From: Burkholderiaceae bacterium | GTDB lineage: Bacteria; Pseudomonadota; Gammaproteobacteria; Burkholderiales; Burkholderiaceae_C | Length of the DNA stretch: 51,549 bases | Assembly: GCA_036568605.1 (NCBI GenBank) | Contig: DATCSE010000038.1 | Location: 1 to 51,549, forward strand | Direction of reading: 5' to 3' | Shown here: one piece after another, positions 23,853 to 32,324 of the stretch | Layout: each line of letters opens with the position of its first letter | How positions within the stretch are numbered: position 1 is the stretch's first letter | Made by a program: the position numbers and the translations under genes | Notes under the pieces: model-generated | Database searches by the model: none | What the model saw: the letters and a program-made list of their open reading frames with translations, nothing else | What the model was told of the DNA's origin: nothing

Positions 23853-25436
23853 TCACTTGATCGAAACCCAGGCCCACTCGAGCCAGTTGTCGGCTCGGTG
23901 CACCACTTCCACGTTGCTGCGCATCGCCCACGGGATGAACTGGCGGTGCAGCGGGATGTGGTGGACCATGTCGTTGTGTTCCTTGATCGCCGCCTTGATC
24001 AGCGCCTCGCGCTTCTTCGGATCGGGCTCCTTGCTCGACGCGGCGGCCAGCTCGTCCAGCTTCGGGTTGTTGACCTGCCCGTAGTTGAACTGGCCGATGC
24101 CGCCGGGCGCGCGCGTGCGGTAGATCGGGGTCAGCGTCGTTTCCGCGTCGGTCACCGAACCGCCCCAGCCCAGCATGTACATCGAGGTGTCGAGGTTGCC
24201 TAGCTTGGCGAAGTACACCGAACGCGGCATCGTGTTGACCTTGACCTTCATGCCGATCTTGGCCCACATCGACGCGAGCGTCTTGCAGATGTCTTCGTCG
24301 TTGATGTAGCGGTCGTTCGGGCAGTCCAGCGTCACCTCGAAGCCGTCGGGATAGCCGGCGGCAACCAGCAGCTTCTTCGCGGCGTCCACGTCGAACGGAC
24401 GGCGCTTCTCCAGCTCCGGATCGTTGAACGTGCCCTTGGGCGAGACCATGGTCGCGCCGGTCGGCGCCGCGAGGCCGCGCATCAGCTTGTTCTTGATCAG
24501 CTCCTCGTCGACCGCCTGGTACAGCGCCTGGCGCACGCGCTGGTCCTTGAACGGGTTCTTGCCCTTGACGCTGCTGTACAGCAGCTCGTCGCGGCCCTGG
24601 TCCATGCCGATGAAGATCACGCGGTTCTCGGGGCCGTCGATCACCTTGATGCCGTTCGTGCTGCGCAGCCGCGGCGTGTCGGGCGGCGGCGGGTCGAGCA
24701 CGAAGTCGAGTTCGCCCGAGATCAGCGCGGCCACGCGGGTCGCGTTGTTCTTGATCGGCGTGTAGATCACGTCCTGCACGTTGCCGTCGAACTTGCCCCA
24801 CCAGTTCGGGTTGCGCTTGTAGACCGTCTTCACGTCGGGCTGGCGGCTCACGACCATGAACGGGCCGGTGCCGTTCGCATGCAGCGCCGCGTAACTCTGC
24901 TCGCCGGCGTTGAAGTCCTGCGTCTTGACGACGTTGTTCTTCTCGCACCAGGCCTTGCTCATGATGAAGACCGAGTTCGCGTGCTCGAGGAAGATCGGGT
25001 TGACCTCCTTCAGGTTGAACTCCACCGTCAGGTCGTCGATCTTCTTCGGCTCGCCCATCGCCGTGGCGTAGACCTTGATGTCCGAACTCGGCTGCTGCGC
25101 GCGCTTGATCGAGAACACCACGTCGTCCGCGGTGAACGGCGTGCCGTCGTGGAACTTGACGTTCGCTCGCAGCTTCATGCGCCACTGCAGCGGGCTGGTC
25201 TGCTGCCATTCGGTCGCGAGCTGCGGCGCGACGTTGAGCTTCTTGTCGCGCCCGACCAGGTACTCGTAGACCTGGCCGTTCAGCGAGTTGGTCAGCGACT
25301 CGTTGCGCGAGTCCGGGTCCAGCGTCTGCAGATCGCCCTGCGACGCCCAGCGCAGCGTCTGCGCCTGCGCACCACCGGCCAGTGCCAGCAGCGCGGTGAG
25401 CGCCCAGGCCGCAGCCGAGAGAAATCGTCTTGTCAT
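23853..25436 (-). CDS. ABC transporter substrate-binding protein, family 5 (peptide/nickel/opine type), orphan
   Basis: Signal peptide MTRRFLSAAAWALTALLALAGGAQA. ...LRWASQGDLQTLDP....E.....L...VYE.LV..D....V.P.LA..W......W.F.LR..VKFHDG.PFTADDVVFS. Confidence 0.88.
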   Translation of the reverse strand: MTRRFLSAAAWALTALLALAGGAQAQTLRWASQGDLQTLDPDSRNESLTNSLNGQVYEYLVGRDKKLNVAPQLATEWQQTSPLQWRMKLRANVKFHDGTPFTADDVVFSIKRAQQPSSDIKVYATAMGEPKKIDDLTVEFNLKEVNPIFLEHANSVFIMSKAWCEKNNVVKTQDFNAGEQSYAALHANGTGPFMVVSRQPDVKTVYKRNPNWWGKFDGNVQDVIYTPIKNNATRVAALISGELDFVLDPPPPDTPRLRSTNGIKVIDGPENRVIFIGMDQGRDELLYSSVKGKNPFKDQRVRQALYQAVDEELIKNKLMRGLAAPTGATMVSPKGTFNDPELEKRRPFDVDAAKKLLVAAGYPDGFEVTLDCPNDRYINDEDICKTLASMWAKIGMKVKVNTMPRSVYFAKLGNLDTSMYMLGWGGSVTDAETTLTPIYRTRAPGGIGQFNYGQVNNPKLDELAAASSKEPDPKKREALIKAAIKEHNDMVHHIPLHRQFIPWAMRSNVEVVHRADNWLEWAWVSIK

Positions 25437-25577
25437 CGTTTCCTCCGGGATTCTCGAAAGGCGGCCAGTGTAGGCCCGCGAAATCGCACGGCCTGGTCAG
25501 GGAAAACCTGAAAGGTTTCGCCAAAACCCGGGCGCGGCGCCGCGATGCGTCAGCAAGTTCCGGGCCGCGGCGGACAC

Positions 25578-25605
25578 AAAAAAGCCGCTGCGATGCAGCG
25601 GCTTT
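25578..25605 (-). terminator. Rho-independent terminator after the cytochrome c4 gene
   Basis: On the minus strand: AAAGCCGCTGC-atc-GCAGCGGCTTTTTT. A 9-bp GC stem is followed by T6, 22 nt after the stop. Confidence 0.85.
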
Positions 25606-25627
25606 CGATGGAGGCGCAGCGCCCGGA

Positions 25628-26314
25628 TCAGCGGAAGCGCGATTGCGGCACCGTTGCGAGCTGGCCCGGCAGCGACGACAGGTACGCCGACAGCGCCTTC
25701 AGCTCGGCATGGTTGAACGGCCGCGCCATGCCCATCATCACCGGGTTGTTGCGGCCGACCTGCGGGTTGTTGTCGGTCTGGTAGGCCTTCAGCGCCTGGT
25801 ACAGGTAGTCCGCATGCTGGCCCGCGAGCTTGGGGTACGACGCATCGATGGGCTTGCTGAAGTTCTCGCCGTGGCACGAGGCGCAGTTGCCCTTCTTCAG
25901 CAGCTCGGCCACCGTGGGCGGCGGCACCGGCGTGCCGGCGCCGGCCGGGTCCGCGGCCTTGTACTCGGTCTCGTAGAACGCGGCGAGGTCGGCCATGTCC
26001 TGGTCGGTCAGCGACGCGGCGATCCCGCGCATCGTCGGGTGCTTGCGATCGCCCTTCTTGTAGGCGGTCAGCGCGCCCACGATGTACTTGGCGTTCTGGC
26101 CCGCGATCATCGGCACCTGGTAGACCTCGGGGAAGCTGGCCTTGTAGCCCGGGATGCCGTGGCAGCCTATGCACATCGCCGCCTTCTTCTCGCCTGCCGC
26201 CGCGCTGCCGCCCTGCGGGGCGCCGGCGGCCGGCGCGCTAGCCGCCTGGGCATGCGCCGCAACTCCGACGAAACAGGCGGCCAGGGCGATCGACAGACGA
26301 TGGAGCTTGTTCAT
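25628..26314 (-). CDS. Di-heme cytochrome c4-type protein
   Basis: Signal peptide plus two CxxCH heme motifs (CIGCH, CASCH), each followed by a distal Met segment. Confidence 0.88.
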   Translation of the reverse strand: MNKLHRLSIALAACFVGVAAHAQAASAPAAGAPQGGSAAAGEKKAAMCIGCHGIPGYKASFPEVYQVPMIAGQNAKYIVGALTAYKKGDRKHPTMRGIAASLTDQDMADLAAFYETEYKAADPAGAGTPVPPPTVAELLKKGNCASCHGENFSKPIDASYPKLAGQHADYLYQALKAYQTDNNPQVGRNNPVMMGMARPFNHAELKALSAYLSSLPGQLATVPQSRFR

Positions 26315-26414
26315 GGGTTGCGAGCAGGCGGTGTTTGCAGGTCAGCGGGCGATTATAGGGGGGCCCTTATACTGCCTCGCGACCCCTCCATCACCCGAAA
26401 CGAACGACAGCGCC

Positions 26415-27269
26415 ATGAAGTTCCAAGGCTCGGACAACTACGTCGCCACCCCCGACCTGATGCTCGCGGTCAATGCGGCGGCGACGCTGAAGCGGCCGCT
26501 GCTGATCAAGGGCGAGCCCGGCACCGGCAAGACGATGCTGGCCGAGGAAGTGGCCCAGGCGCTGGGCATGCCGCTGCTGCAGTGGCACATCAAGAGCACG
26601 ACCAAGGCGCAGCAGGGCCTGTACGAGTACGACGCGGTCAGCCGTCTGCGCGACAGCCAGCTCGCCGACGTGGACGGCGGCCAGCGCGTCAAGGACATCC
26701 ACAACTACATCGTCAAGGGCGTGCTGTGGCAGGCCTTCACGGCCGAGCAGCCGGTGGTGCTGCTGATCGACGAGATCGACAAGGCCGACATCGAATTCCC
26801 GAACGACCTGCTGCGCGAGATCGACCGGATGGAGTTCTACGTCTACGAGACGCGCGAGCTGGTCAAGGCGAAGCACCGGCCGCTGGTCTTCATCACGTCG
26901 AACAACGAGAAGGAGCTGCCCGATGCGTTCCTGCGCCGCTGCTTCTTCCACTACATCAAGTTTCCCGACGCCGAGACGATGAAGAGCATCGTCGGCGTGC
27001 ACTTCCCGAACCTGAAGAAGGAGCTGCTCGCGTCGGCGCTGAAGAACTTCTACGACGTGCGCAACCTGCCGGGGCTGAAGAAGAAGCCGTCGACCTCGGA
27101 GCTGCTGGACTGGCTCAAGCTGCTGGTGGCCGAGGACATCCCGCTCGAGGCGCTGCAGAGCAAGGACGACAAGGTCGTCGTGCCGCCGCTGGTCGGCGCG
27201 CTCCTGAAGAACGAGCAGGACGTGTCGCTGTTCGAGAAGCTGGTGTTCATGCAGCGGCACAACCGGTGA
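26415..27269 (+). CDS. MoxR-family AAA+ ATPase
   Basis: Walker A LLIKGEPGTGKTMLA, Walker B VVLLIDEIDKA, and ...LPDAFLRRCFFHYI. Start ATG 26415 lies inside a longer ORF. Confidence 0.9.
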   Translation: MKFQGSDNYVATPDLMLAVNAAATLKRPLLIKGEPGTGKTMLAEEVAQALGMPLLQWHIKSTTKAQQGLYEYDAVSRLRDSQLADVDGGQRVKDIHNYIVKGVLWQAFTAEQPVVLLIDEIDKADIEFPNDLLREIDRMEFYVYETRELVKAKHRPLVFITSNNEKELPDAFLRRCFFHYIKFPDAETMKSIVGVHFPNLKKELLASALKNFYDVRNLPGLKKKPSTSELLDWLKLLVAEDIPLEALQSKDDKVVVPPLVGALLKNEQDVSLFEKLVFMQRHNR

Positions 27270-27302
27270 CGGCACGCGCCGGTGGCGGCACGGGCCACCC
27301 GT

Positions 27303-27327
27303 CGTATATACTTCGCGTATATCTTCG
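27303..27327 (+). promoter_or_regulatory. Putative vapBC promoter/operator (AT-rich tandem direct repeat)
   Basis: CGTATATACTTCG (27303-27315) is immediately followed by CGTATAT-CTTCG (27316-27327), 12 nt upstream of vapB. This is the only AT-rich patch in the GC-rich gap, and TATATA/TATAT could serve as a -10 box. Confidence 0.45.
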
Positions 27328-27339
27328 CTCGGTGTTGCG

Positions 27340-27624
27340 ATGGCCCGAACCACCGTCTTTCAGTCCGGCAACAGTCAAGCCGTTCGCTTGCCCAAGGCGT
27401 TTCGCTTCAAGTCGGCCACGGTCGAGATCTTTCGGCGCGGCGACGAGGTCGTTCTGCGCGAGCGCGCTCGCACGCTAGGCGAAGCGCTGGCGGCGCTGCC
27501 GCCGCTGGACCCGTCGGACGCGGAGGTTCTTGATCTGATCCGCGAAAGCCGGCCCGCCGAGGAACGCGACTGGTCGGCGCTGCATGGCGGCACGGCAGTG
27601 CGCCGCCCGCGGCGCGGCCCATGA
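27340..27624 (+). CDS. vapB: Type II antitoxin VapB (AbrB/SpoVT-fold)
   Basis: MARTTVFQSGNSQAVRLPKAFRF....VEI.R.GDEVVL is the canonical SpoVT/AbrB-type antitoxin N-terminus. Overlaps vapC by 4 nt. Confidence 0.88.
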   Translation: MARTTVFQSGNSQAVRLPKAFRFKSATVEIFRRGDEVVLRERARTLGEALAALPPLDPSDAEVLDLIRESRPAEERDWSALHGGTAVRRPRRGP

Positions 27625-28022
27625 AATTCCTGCTCGACACCGACACCTGCAGCTTCCTGATTCGCGGCGATGCAGCGTTGAGCACGCGGCTCGCGGCGCA
27701 ACCTCTTGATGCCGTGCGCATGTCGGTGGTGACCCTGGGCGAGCTGGCATACGGCTGTGCCTTGAAGCCGCAGTCGCAGCGCCTGCGCGAGCGTGTCACC
27801 GCGTTCGTCCAAGCTGTCGAACCGGTGCCGCTGGACGCCAGCGCGGCGGAGCACTACGCCGACATTCGGGCGACGCTGCGTGCAGCCGGGACGCCCATCG
27901 GGCCGAACGACATCTGGATCGCCGCCCACGCCCGCTCGCTGGGCATGACGCTGGTGAGCCACAATCTGCGCGAATTCAAGCGCGTGTTGCGCCTAAAGGT
28001 AGAGGACTGGACGCACGCATGA
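27621..28022 (+). CDS. vapC: Type II toxin VapC (PIN-domain ribonuclease)
   Basis: MKFLLDTDTCSFLIRG (first acidic PIN residue in LDT), ...GELAYG..., ...GPNDIWIAAHA......LVSHNLREF. Confidence 0.9.
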   Translation: MKFLLDTDTCSFLIRGDAALSTRLAAQPLDAVRMSVVTLGELAYGCALKPQSQRLRERVTAFVQAVEPVPLDASAAEHYADIRATLRAAGTPIGPNDIWIAAHARSLGMTLVSHNLREFKRVLRLKVEDWTHA

Positions 28023-28609
28023 CCTGGCCGATCCCCATCATTTTGAAGGGCGAGCACGCGACCCTCGTCCCGCTCGCACCCGAACACGAGTCCGCGCTGA
28101 TCGATGCGGCGCGCGACGGCGAGCTGTGGAATCTCTGGTACACGAGCGTCCCGGCACCCGAGAAGATGGCCGCCGACATCCAGCGCCGCCTCGGGCTGCA
28201 GGCGAGCGGCTCGATGCTGCCGTTCGCGGTGCTCGATGCGAGCGGCGCAGTCGTCGGCGAGACGACCTACATGAACATCGACGCGGTCCACAAGCGCGTC
28301 GAGATCGGCAGCACCTGGTATGCCGCGCGCGTGCAGCGCACGCCGCTGAACACGGAGTGCAAGCTGATGCTGCTGACCCATGCGTTCGAAACGCTGGCCT
28401 GCATCGCGGTCGAGTTCCGCACGCACCGCCTGAACACGCAGAGCCGGCGCGCGATCGAACGCCTGGGCGCCCAGCTCGACGGCATCCTGCGTGCGCACCA
28501 GCGCAGCCCCGACGGCAGCCTGCGCGACACCGCGGTCTACAGCATCACCGCGGCCGAGTGGCCGACGGTGCGCCAGCACCTGCGCTGGCAGCTGGAGCGG
28601 CCGCGCTGA
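28019..28609 (+). CDS. GNAT-family N-acetyltransferase (RimJ/RimL-like)
   Basis: 196 aa, with L.PL...H...L..A......W.......P.........VEIGSTWYA...QRT..NTECKLMLLTHAFE.L....VEF.TH..N..SRRAIERLGA..DGILR. ATGA overlap with the vapC stop (28019-28022). Confidence 0.8.
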   Translation: MTWPIPIILKGEHATLVPLAPEHESALIDAARDGELWNLWYTSVPAPEKMAADIQRRLGLQASGSMLPFAVLDASGAVVGETTYMNIDAVHKRVEIGSTWYAARVQRTPLNTECKLMLLTHAFETLACIAVEFRTHRLNTQSRRAIERLGAQLDGILRAHQRSPDGSLRDTAVYSITAAEWPTVRQHLRWQLERPR

Positions 28610-28635
28610 GCGGCTCTCGCCCCGCCTTCTTTCTT

Positions 28636-29826
28636 CTACGCCGGCTGCAATTCGCTGCCGCGAGGCGGCTCGGCGAGCACGATCTGGTTGCGCCCGGCCC
28701 GCTTGGCCCGGTACAGCGCCTGGTCGGCGCGCGCGAGCACGGCCTGCGGCGACTCGTCGGGCGACTGGGCGACCGCCACGCCGACGCTGATCGTCACCGA
28801 CCGGTCGAACTCGTCCCACGCCGTGTCGCGCACCGCGAGATGCACGCGCTCGGCCAGGCGCATCGCGCCGTCGAGATCGGCGTGCGGCAGCAGGATGCAG
28901 AACTCCTCGCCGCCGAGCCGCGCGATGTGGTCGACCTCGCGGGCCGCGTCGCGCAGCACGTCGGCCAGCTTGCGCAGCGCGGCATCGCCGGCGGCGTGGC
29001 CGTGCTCGTCGTTGAGGCTCTTGAAGTGATCGACGTCGATCATCATCAGCGAGTAGGTTTCGCCGTAGCGGCGCAACCGCCCGGCCTCGCGCTGCAGCAG
29101 CGGCGCGAGCGCGCGGCGGTTCAGCAGGCCGGTCAGCGCGTCGCGCTCCGACAGCTGCTGCAGCTGCGTCACGAGGCGCCCGACCACCATCAGCGCGAGC
29201 ACGAGGTTGACCATCAGGCCCACCAGCATGAACGCGAACACGACTCCGCTGTTGAACGCGTTCGGCTCGTGCAGCGGCCGCGCCGCGACCTCCGGGGCGA
29301 ACACACCGGCGATCGAGCGCACCGCGAACAGCAAGCCGAGCAGCGCGAGCGGCGTCGCGACGACGCGGGCCGTCGCGACGGCGCCCTCGCGGTACAGCGC
29401 CTGATGGCTTTCGTATGCGGCGCGCAGCAAGGTCCACGCGATCGGCACCGACGAGCCGATCACCGCCACCGCGCTGTGCTCCTCCGTCAGGCCGAGGAAG
29501 ATGATCAGCAAGGCCGCATCCAGGCCGAACAGCGTCGCATGCTCGGCGTCGGTCACCGGCACGCGCAGGAAGATCTGCATCCCGCGCCGCATCGCGAGCA
29601 CGCCGGCCATGATCGCGAGGTTCGCCACGACCAGCGTCAGAAACGGCGGCCAGATGCCGCGCAGCAGGATCAGCGAGAGCCCGGCGGCGGTCGCCAGCGC
29701 CGCGCCCATCCAGTGCGCCGAGACGCGCCTGGACAATCCCAACCACCAGCCGCCCACCCACCAGCTGAAGGCGCACAGGCCTTGCTGCAGCGTGATGAGC
29801 ACCAGGACAGTCTGGATGTCTTTCAC
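28636..29826 (-). CDS. Membrane-anchored diguanylate cyclase (polytopic N-terminal domain + GGDEF)
   Basis: C-terminal DALTGLLNRRAL....E.......Y.LMMIDVDHFKSLNDEHGHAAGDAALR..A......R..D..ARLGGEEFCILLP...YRAKRAGRN, with an intact GGEEF active site. About 6 TM helices lie before it. GTG start 29826, with GGAGG 9 nt upstream. Confidence 0.88.
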   Translation of the reverse strand: MKDIQTVLVLITLQQGLCAFSWWVGGWWLGLSRRVSAHWMGAALATAAGLSLILLRGIWPPFLTLVVANLAIMAGVLAMRRGMQIFLRVPVTDAEHATLFGLDAALLIIFLGLTEEHSAVAVIGSSVPIAWTLLRAAYESHQALYREGAVATARVVATPLALLGLLFAVRSIAGVFAPEVAARPLHEPNAFNSGVVFAFMLVGLMVNLVLALMVVGRLVTQLQQLSERDALTGLLNRRALAPLLQREAGRLRRYGETYSLMMIDVDHFKSLNDEHGHAAGDAALRKLADVLRDAAREVDHIARLGGEEFCILLPHADLDGAMRLAERVHLAVRDTAWDEFDRSVTISVGVAVAQSPDESPQAVLARADQALYRAKRAGRNQIVLAEPPRGSELQPA

Positions 29827-29939
29827 CGGCTTCGGCCTCCGCGAGCTGGTACGGCAAGCGCGCGCGTGTATGTTCGCGCCGGCGCTGCGGCGCGAACATG
29901 GCCATAACCCTGATGGACGCGCCCGCCTGGGCGCGGTTG

Positions 29940-30344
29940 CTAGCGCTTTGTCCTGCGGCCCAGACGCTTCGCGTTCGCGGTCGCGGTGCGGTGCACCGGC
30001 GCGAGCCCCTTGCTGAGCACGCCCAGCGCGGCACTTTGCAGCAGCGCCGCATTCATCGAGAGCTGGGCCAGGGTCAACGGGGACCATGCCGTGCGCCAGA
30101 AGTTCGCCGCCAGCGCCTGGTTCGCGCGAGCGGCCTGCTGCGCCATCGCGGTCCATGATTCGGCGAAGGCAGCCGCCTTCTCGGCGCCCATGCGGTGGAA
30201 CTCGCGCCGATCGCGCGCCGAGGGCTTCGTGCCGGCCACGGCCATGCGCGCGAGACGCTGCGCCACGACCTGTGGCGCGGCAAGCGCGAGCTCGGCCGCC
30301 TGGGTCGCGAGTTGATGAGCATGATGACGGCGGCGTGCGGCCAT
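29940..30344 (-). CDS. Phasin-like / PHA-granule-associated-region family protein (tentative)
   Basis: 134-aa helical protein. The segment APQVVAQRLARMAVAGTKPSARDRREFHRMGAEKAAAFAESWTAMAQQ resembles what I recall of the PHA granule-associated protein family. This rests on memory only and is not verified. Confidence 0.5.
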   Translation of the reverse strand: MAARRRHHAHQLATQAAELALAAPQVVAQRLARMAVAGTKPSARDRREFHRMGAEKAAAFAESWTAMAQQAARANQALAANFWRTAWSPLTLAQLSMNAALLQSAALGVLSKGLAPVHRTATANAKRLGRRTKR

Positions 30345-30359
30345 GGCAATGGGTTCCCT

Positions 30360-30899
30360 TCAAGCGGACGCCACGACCTTACACCATCGCTCTGTCAGGA
30401 CACTGACAACCACCGCGAGCGCCGTCGCGGTCCACAGCCAGCCGTTCAACAGCACCGGCCCGATCGAGCGATAGAGGACGGCATCGACCTGGTGCAGCGA
30501 AACGGTCTCGACTGCAAAATCGAGCAGCGCGGCAAAGGTCGCGAATTCGGCGGCGCGAGCGTATTGGGACTCGTACGCTGCCGCCCAGCGGCGCACGACG
30601 AGCCAGCCAGCCAGCAGCGCCACGATCGCGAGCAACACCAGTTGGATCGGCCGGCGCGATTCGTACACGCCGAACGCCGACAACGTCCTATCGATCGCAT
30701 CATGCGCCAGGTAACGCAGATCCAGCATCACCTCGGCAGCCAGCATCAACTGGATCGCCGCGATCCAGCCCCAATGGCGGCGTGTCGCCGGGTTCGACGC
30801 GAATCGCGCGGCCAGACCCGCCGCGATCGCTGCAGCGAAGAACGACGTGAAGCCCGCGAGCTGTGTGGGATTGTGGAACGGTCCGAACCACGCTGTCAT
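30360..30899 (-). CDS. Hypothetical integral membrane protein
   Basis: About 5 hydrophobic segments. Start ATG (MTAWFGPF) has GGGAG 6 nt upstream; an alternative GTG start is at 30926. It lies 15 nt upstream of the phasin-like gene on the same strand. Confidence 0.6.
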   Translation of the reverse strand: MTAWFGPFHNPTQLAGFTSFFAAAIAAGLAARFASNPATRRHWGWIAAIQLMLAAEVMLDLRYLAHDAIDRTLSAFGVYESRRPIQLVLLAIVALLAGWLVVRRWAAAYESQYARAAEFATFAALLDFAVETVSLHQVDAVLYRSIGPVLLNGWLWTATALAVVVSVLTERWCKVVASA

Positions 30900-30928
30900 C
30901 AACTGCTCCCTCGAATGCACACGCACCG

Positions 30929-32284
30929 ATGATGCTCGTCGCGATCAGTTACCTCGTCTTCGCAGTCGCGGGCCTCGCGGCCTTTCGCTTCTGGCCGCCG
31001 CGTACGGCGGCGCTGGTCGTTTTCTTCGGCGGCTGGGTGATTCTGCCGGTCGGAGACTTTCCGCCGCCGTCCGCACCGGACACATTCGCGTACTGGATCG
31101 TCGGCCTCGCGCTGCCGTCGGACATGCTGGTCAGCAAGGCCTGGGTCGCGCCCTGCACCGCGCTGGCAGGATCCATGCTGACCGCGGCCGGCCGCGGCCG
31201 CTTGCGTGCACTCGAGCTCACGTGGTTGGACGCGCCAGTCGCGCTGTGGTGCCTGTGGCCGCTGCTGCAATGGGCCATCGGCCGCGACGGCAATCCGGCC
31301 GGTCCGCTGGCCTGTGCCTACCTGATCGGCAGCTGGGGCGCGACGTGGCTGCTCGGGCGCTTGTACGGCGGCGATGCCACGGGGCGGCGCGCAATCGTCA
31401 CGGCGGTCGCGTATTCGGCGCTGGCGTGCCTGCCCTTCAGCCTGCTCGAGGGTTCGGTCGGACCTTTCATCTACGACGCGCTGTACGGCACACATCCGCT
31501 GCGATTCGTCGGCGCCCATCGTTACGTCGGTTTCCGCCCCGTGGGGTTTTTCGAGGATGGCAACCAATTCGGACTGTGGATCGCGATCGGCGCCGTGGCC
31601 GCTCTCTGGCTCGCCTGGTCCGCGGCCGGACGCACACGCACTCGTGCGTGGCTGGTCGCGGCGGTGCTGATTGCGATGGTACTGGCCGCGCAATCCGTTG
31701 GCGCGGCGCTGCTTGCATTGCTCGCGGTGGCGCTGCTTGCAGCGGCGCGCATCGTCGACCTGCGCCCCGTGTTCATCGGCGCGTTCGCATTGGTCGTGCT
31801 GGCCGGCGCGGTGATGTTGTCGGGGCGCGTGCCGATCCGGCAAATCGCGACCGAGACCGCGATCGGTCGCGGCGCGGTCGACGCATTCCGCGCCGTCGGC
31901 CGCGATTCGCTGCCGTGGCGCATTGCCCAGGAGCAGCGGCTGCTGCGCCCGGCGTTCGCGCACCCGCTGGCCGGCAGCGCCCAGTGGGACTGGTGGCGCG
32001 ACGAGCATCGGCGGCCCTGGGGCATGGTGCTGCTGGTGATCGGCCAGTTCGGCTTGATCGGTTTGGCCGCGGGGCTCGCAACACCGCTCGCGCCAGCCGG
32101 CCAGGCACTGCTGCGCCGCGCGCCGCCGGATCGGCGCCGTGCCGAGCCGGCGGTGACCACGCTGATCGCGGTCCTGATCGGCGTCGCGCTGCTCGACGCG
32201 CTGCTGAACAGTTTCATCTATTTCCCAGCCATCCTCCTGGCTGGGGCACTCGCGAGTCGCGGCCCGGGAACGCCATCACAATAG
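30929..32284 (+). CDS. O-antigen ligase / Wzy_C-like polytopic membrane protein (tentative)
   Basis: 451 aa with at least 10 hydrophobic segments. A large loop (...GRDSLPWRIAQEQRLLRPAFAHPLAGSAQWDWW...) is followed by GMVLLVIGQFGLIGLAAG, resembling the Wzy_C periplasmic loop/helix arrangement. Divergent from 30360-30899. Confidence 0.5.
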   Translation: MMLVAISYLVFAVAGLAAFRFWPPRTAALVVFFGGWVILPVGDFPPPSAPDTFAYWIVGLALPSDMLVSKAWVAPCTALAGSMLTAAGRGRLRALELTWLDAPVALWCLWPLLQWAIGRDGNPAGPLACAYLIGSWGATWLLGRLYGGDATGRRAIVTAVAYSALACLPFSLLEGSVGPFIYDALYGTHPLRFVGAHRYVGFRPVGFFEDGNQFGLWIAIGAVAALWLAWSAAGRTRTRAWLVAAVLIAMVLAAQSVGAALLALLAVALLAAARIVDLRPVFIGAFALVVLAGAVMLSGRVPIRQIATETAIGRGAVDAFRAVGRDSLPWRIAQEQRLLRPAFAHPLAGSAQWDWWRDEHRRPWGMVLLVIGQFGLIGLAAGLATPLAPAGQALLRRAPPDRRRAEPAVTTLIAVLIGVALLDALLNSFIYFPAILLAGALASRGPGTPSQ

Positions 32285-32324
32285 CGCTGTCGCGACGAGT
32301 CGCCGCCTCGCCAGGGCCGATGCC

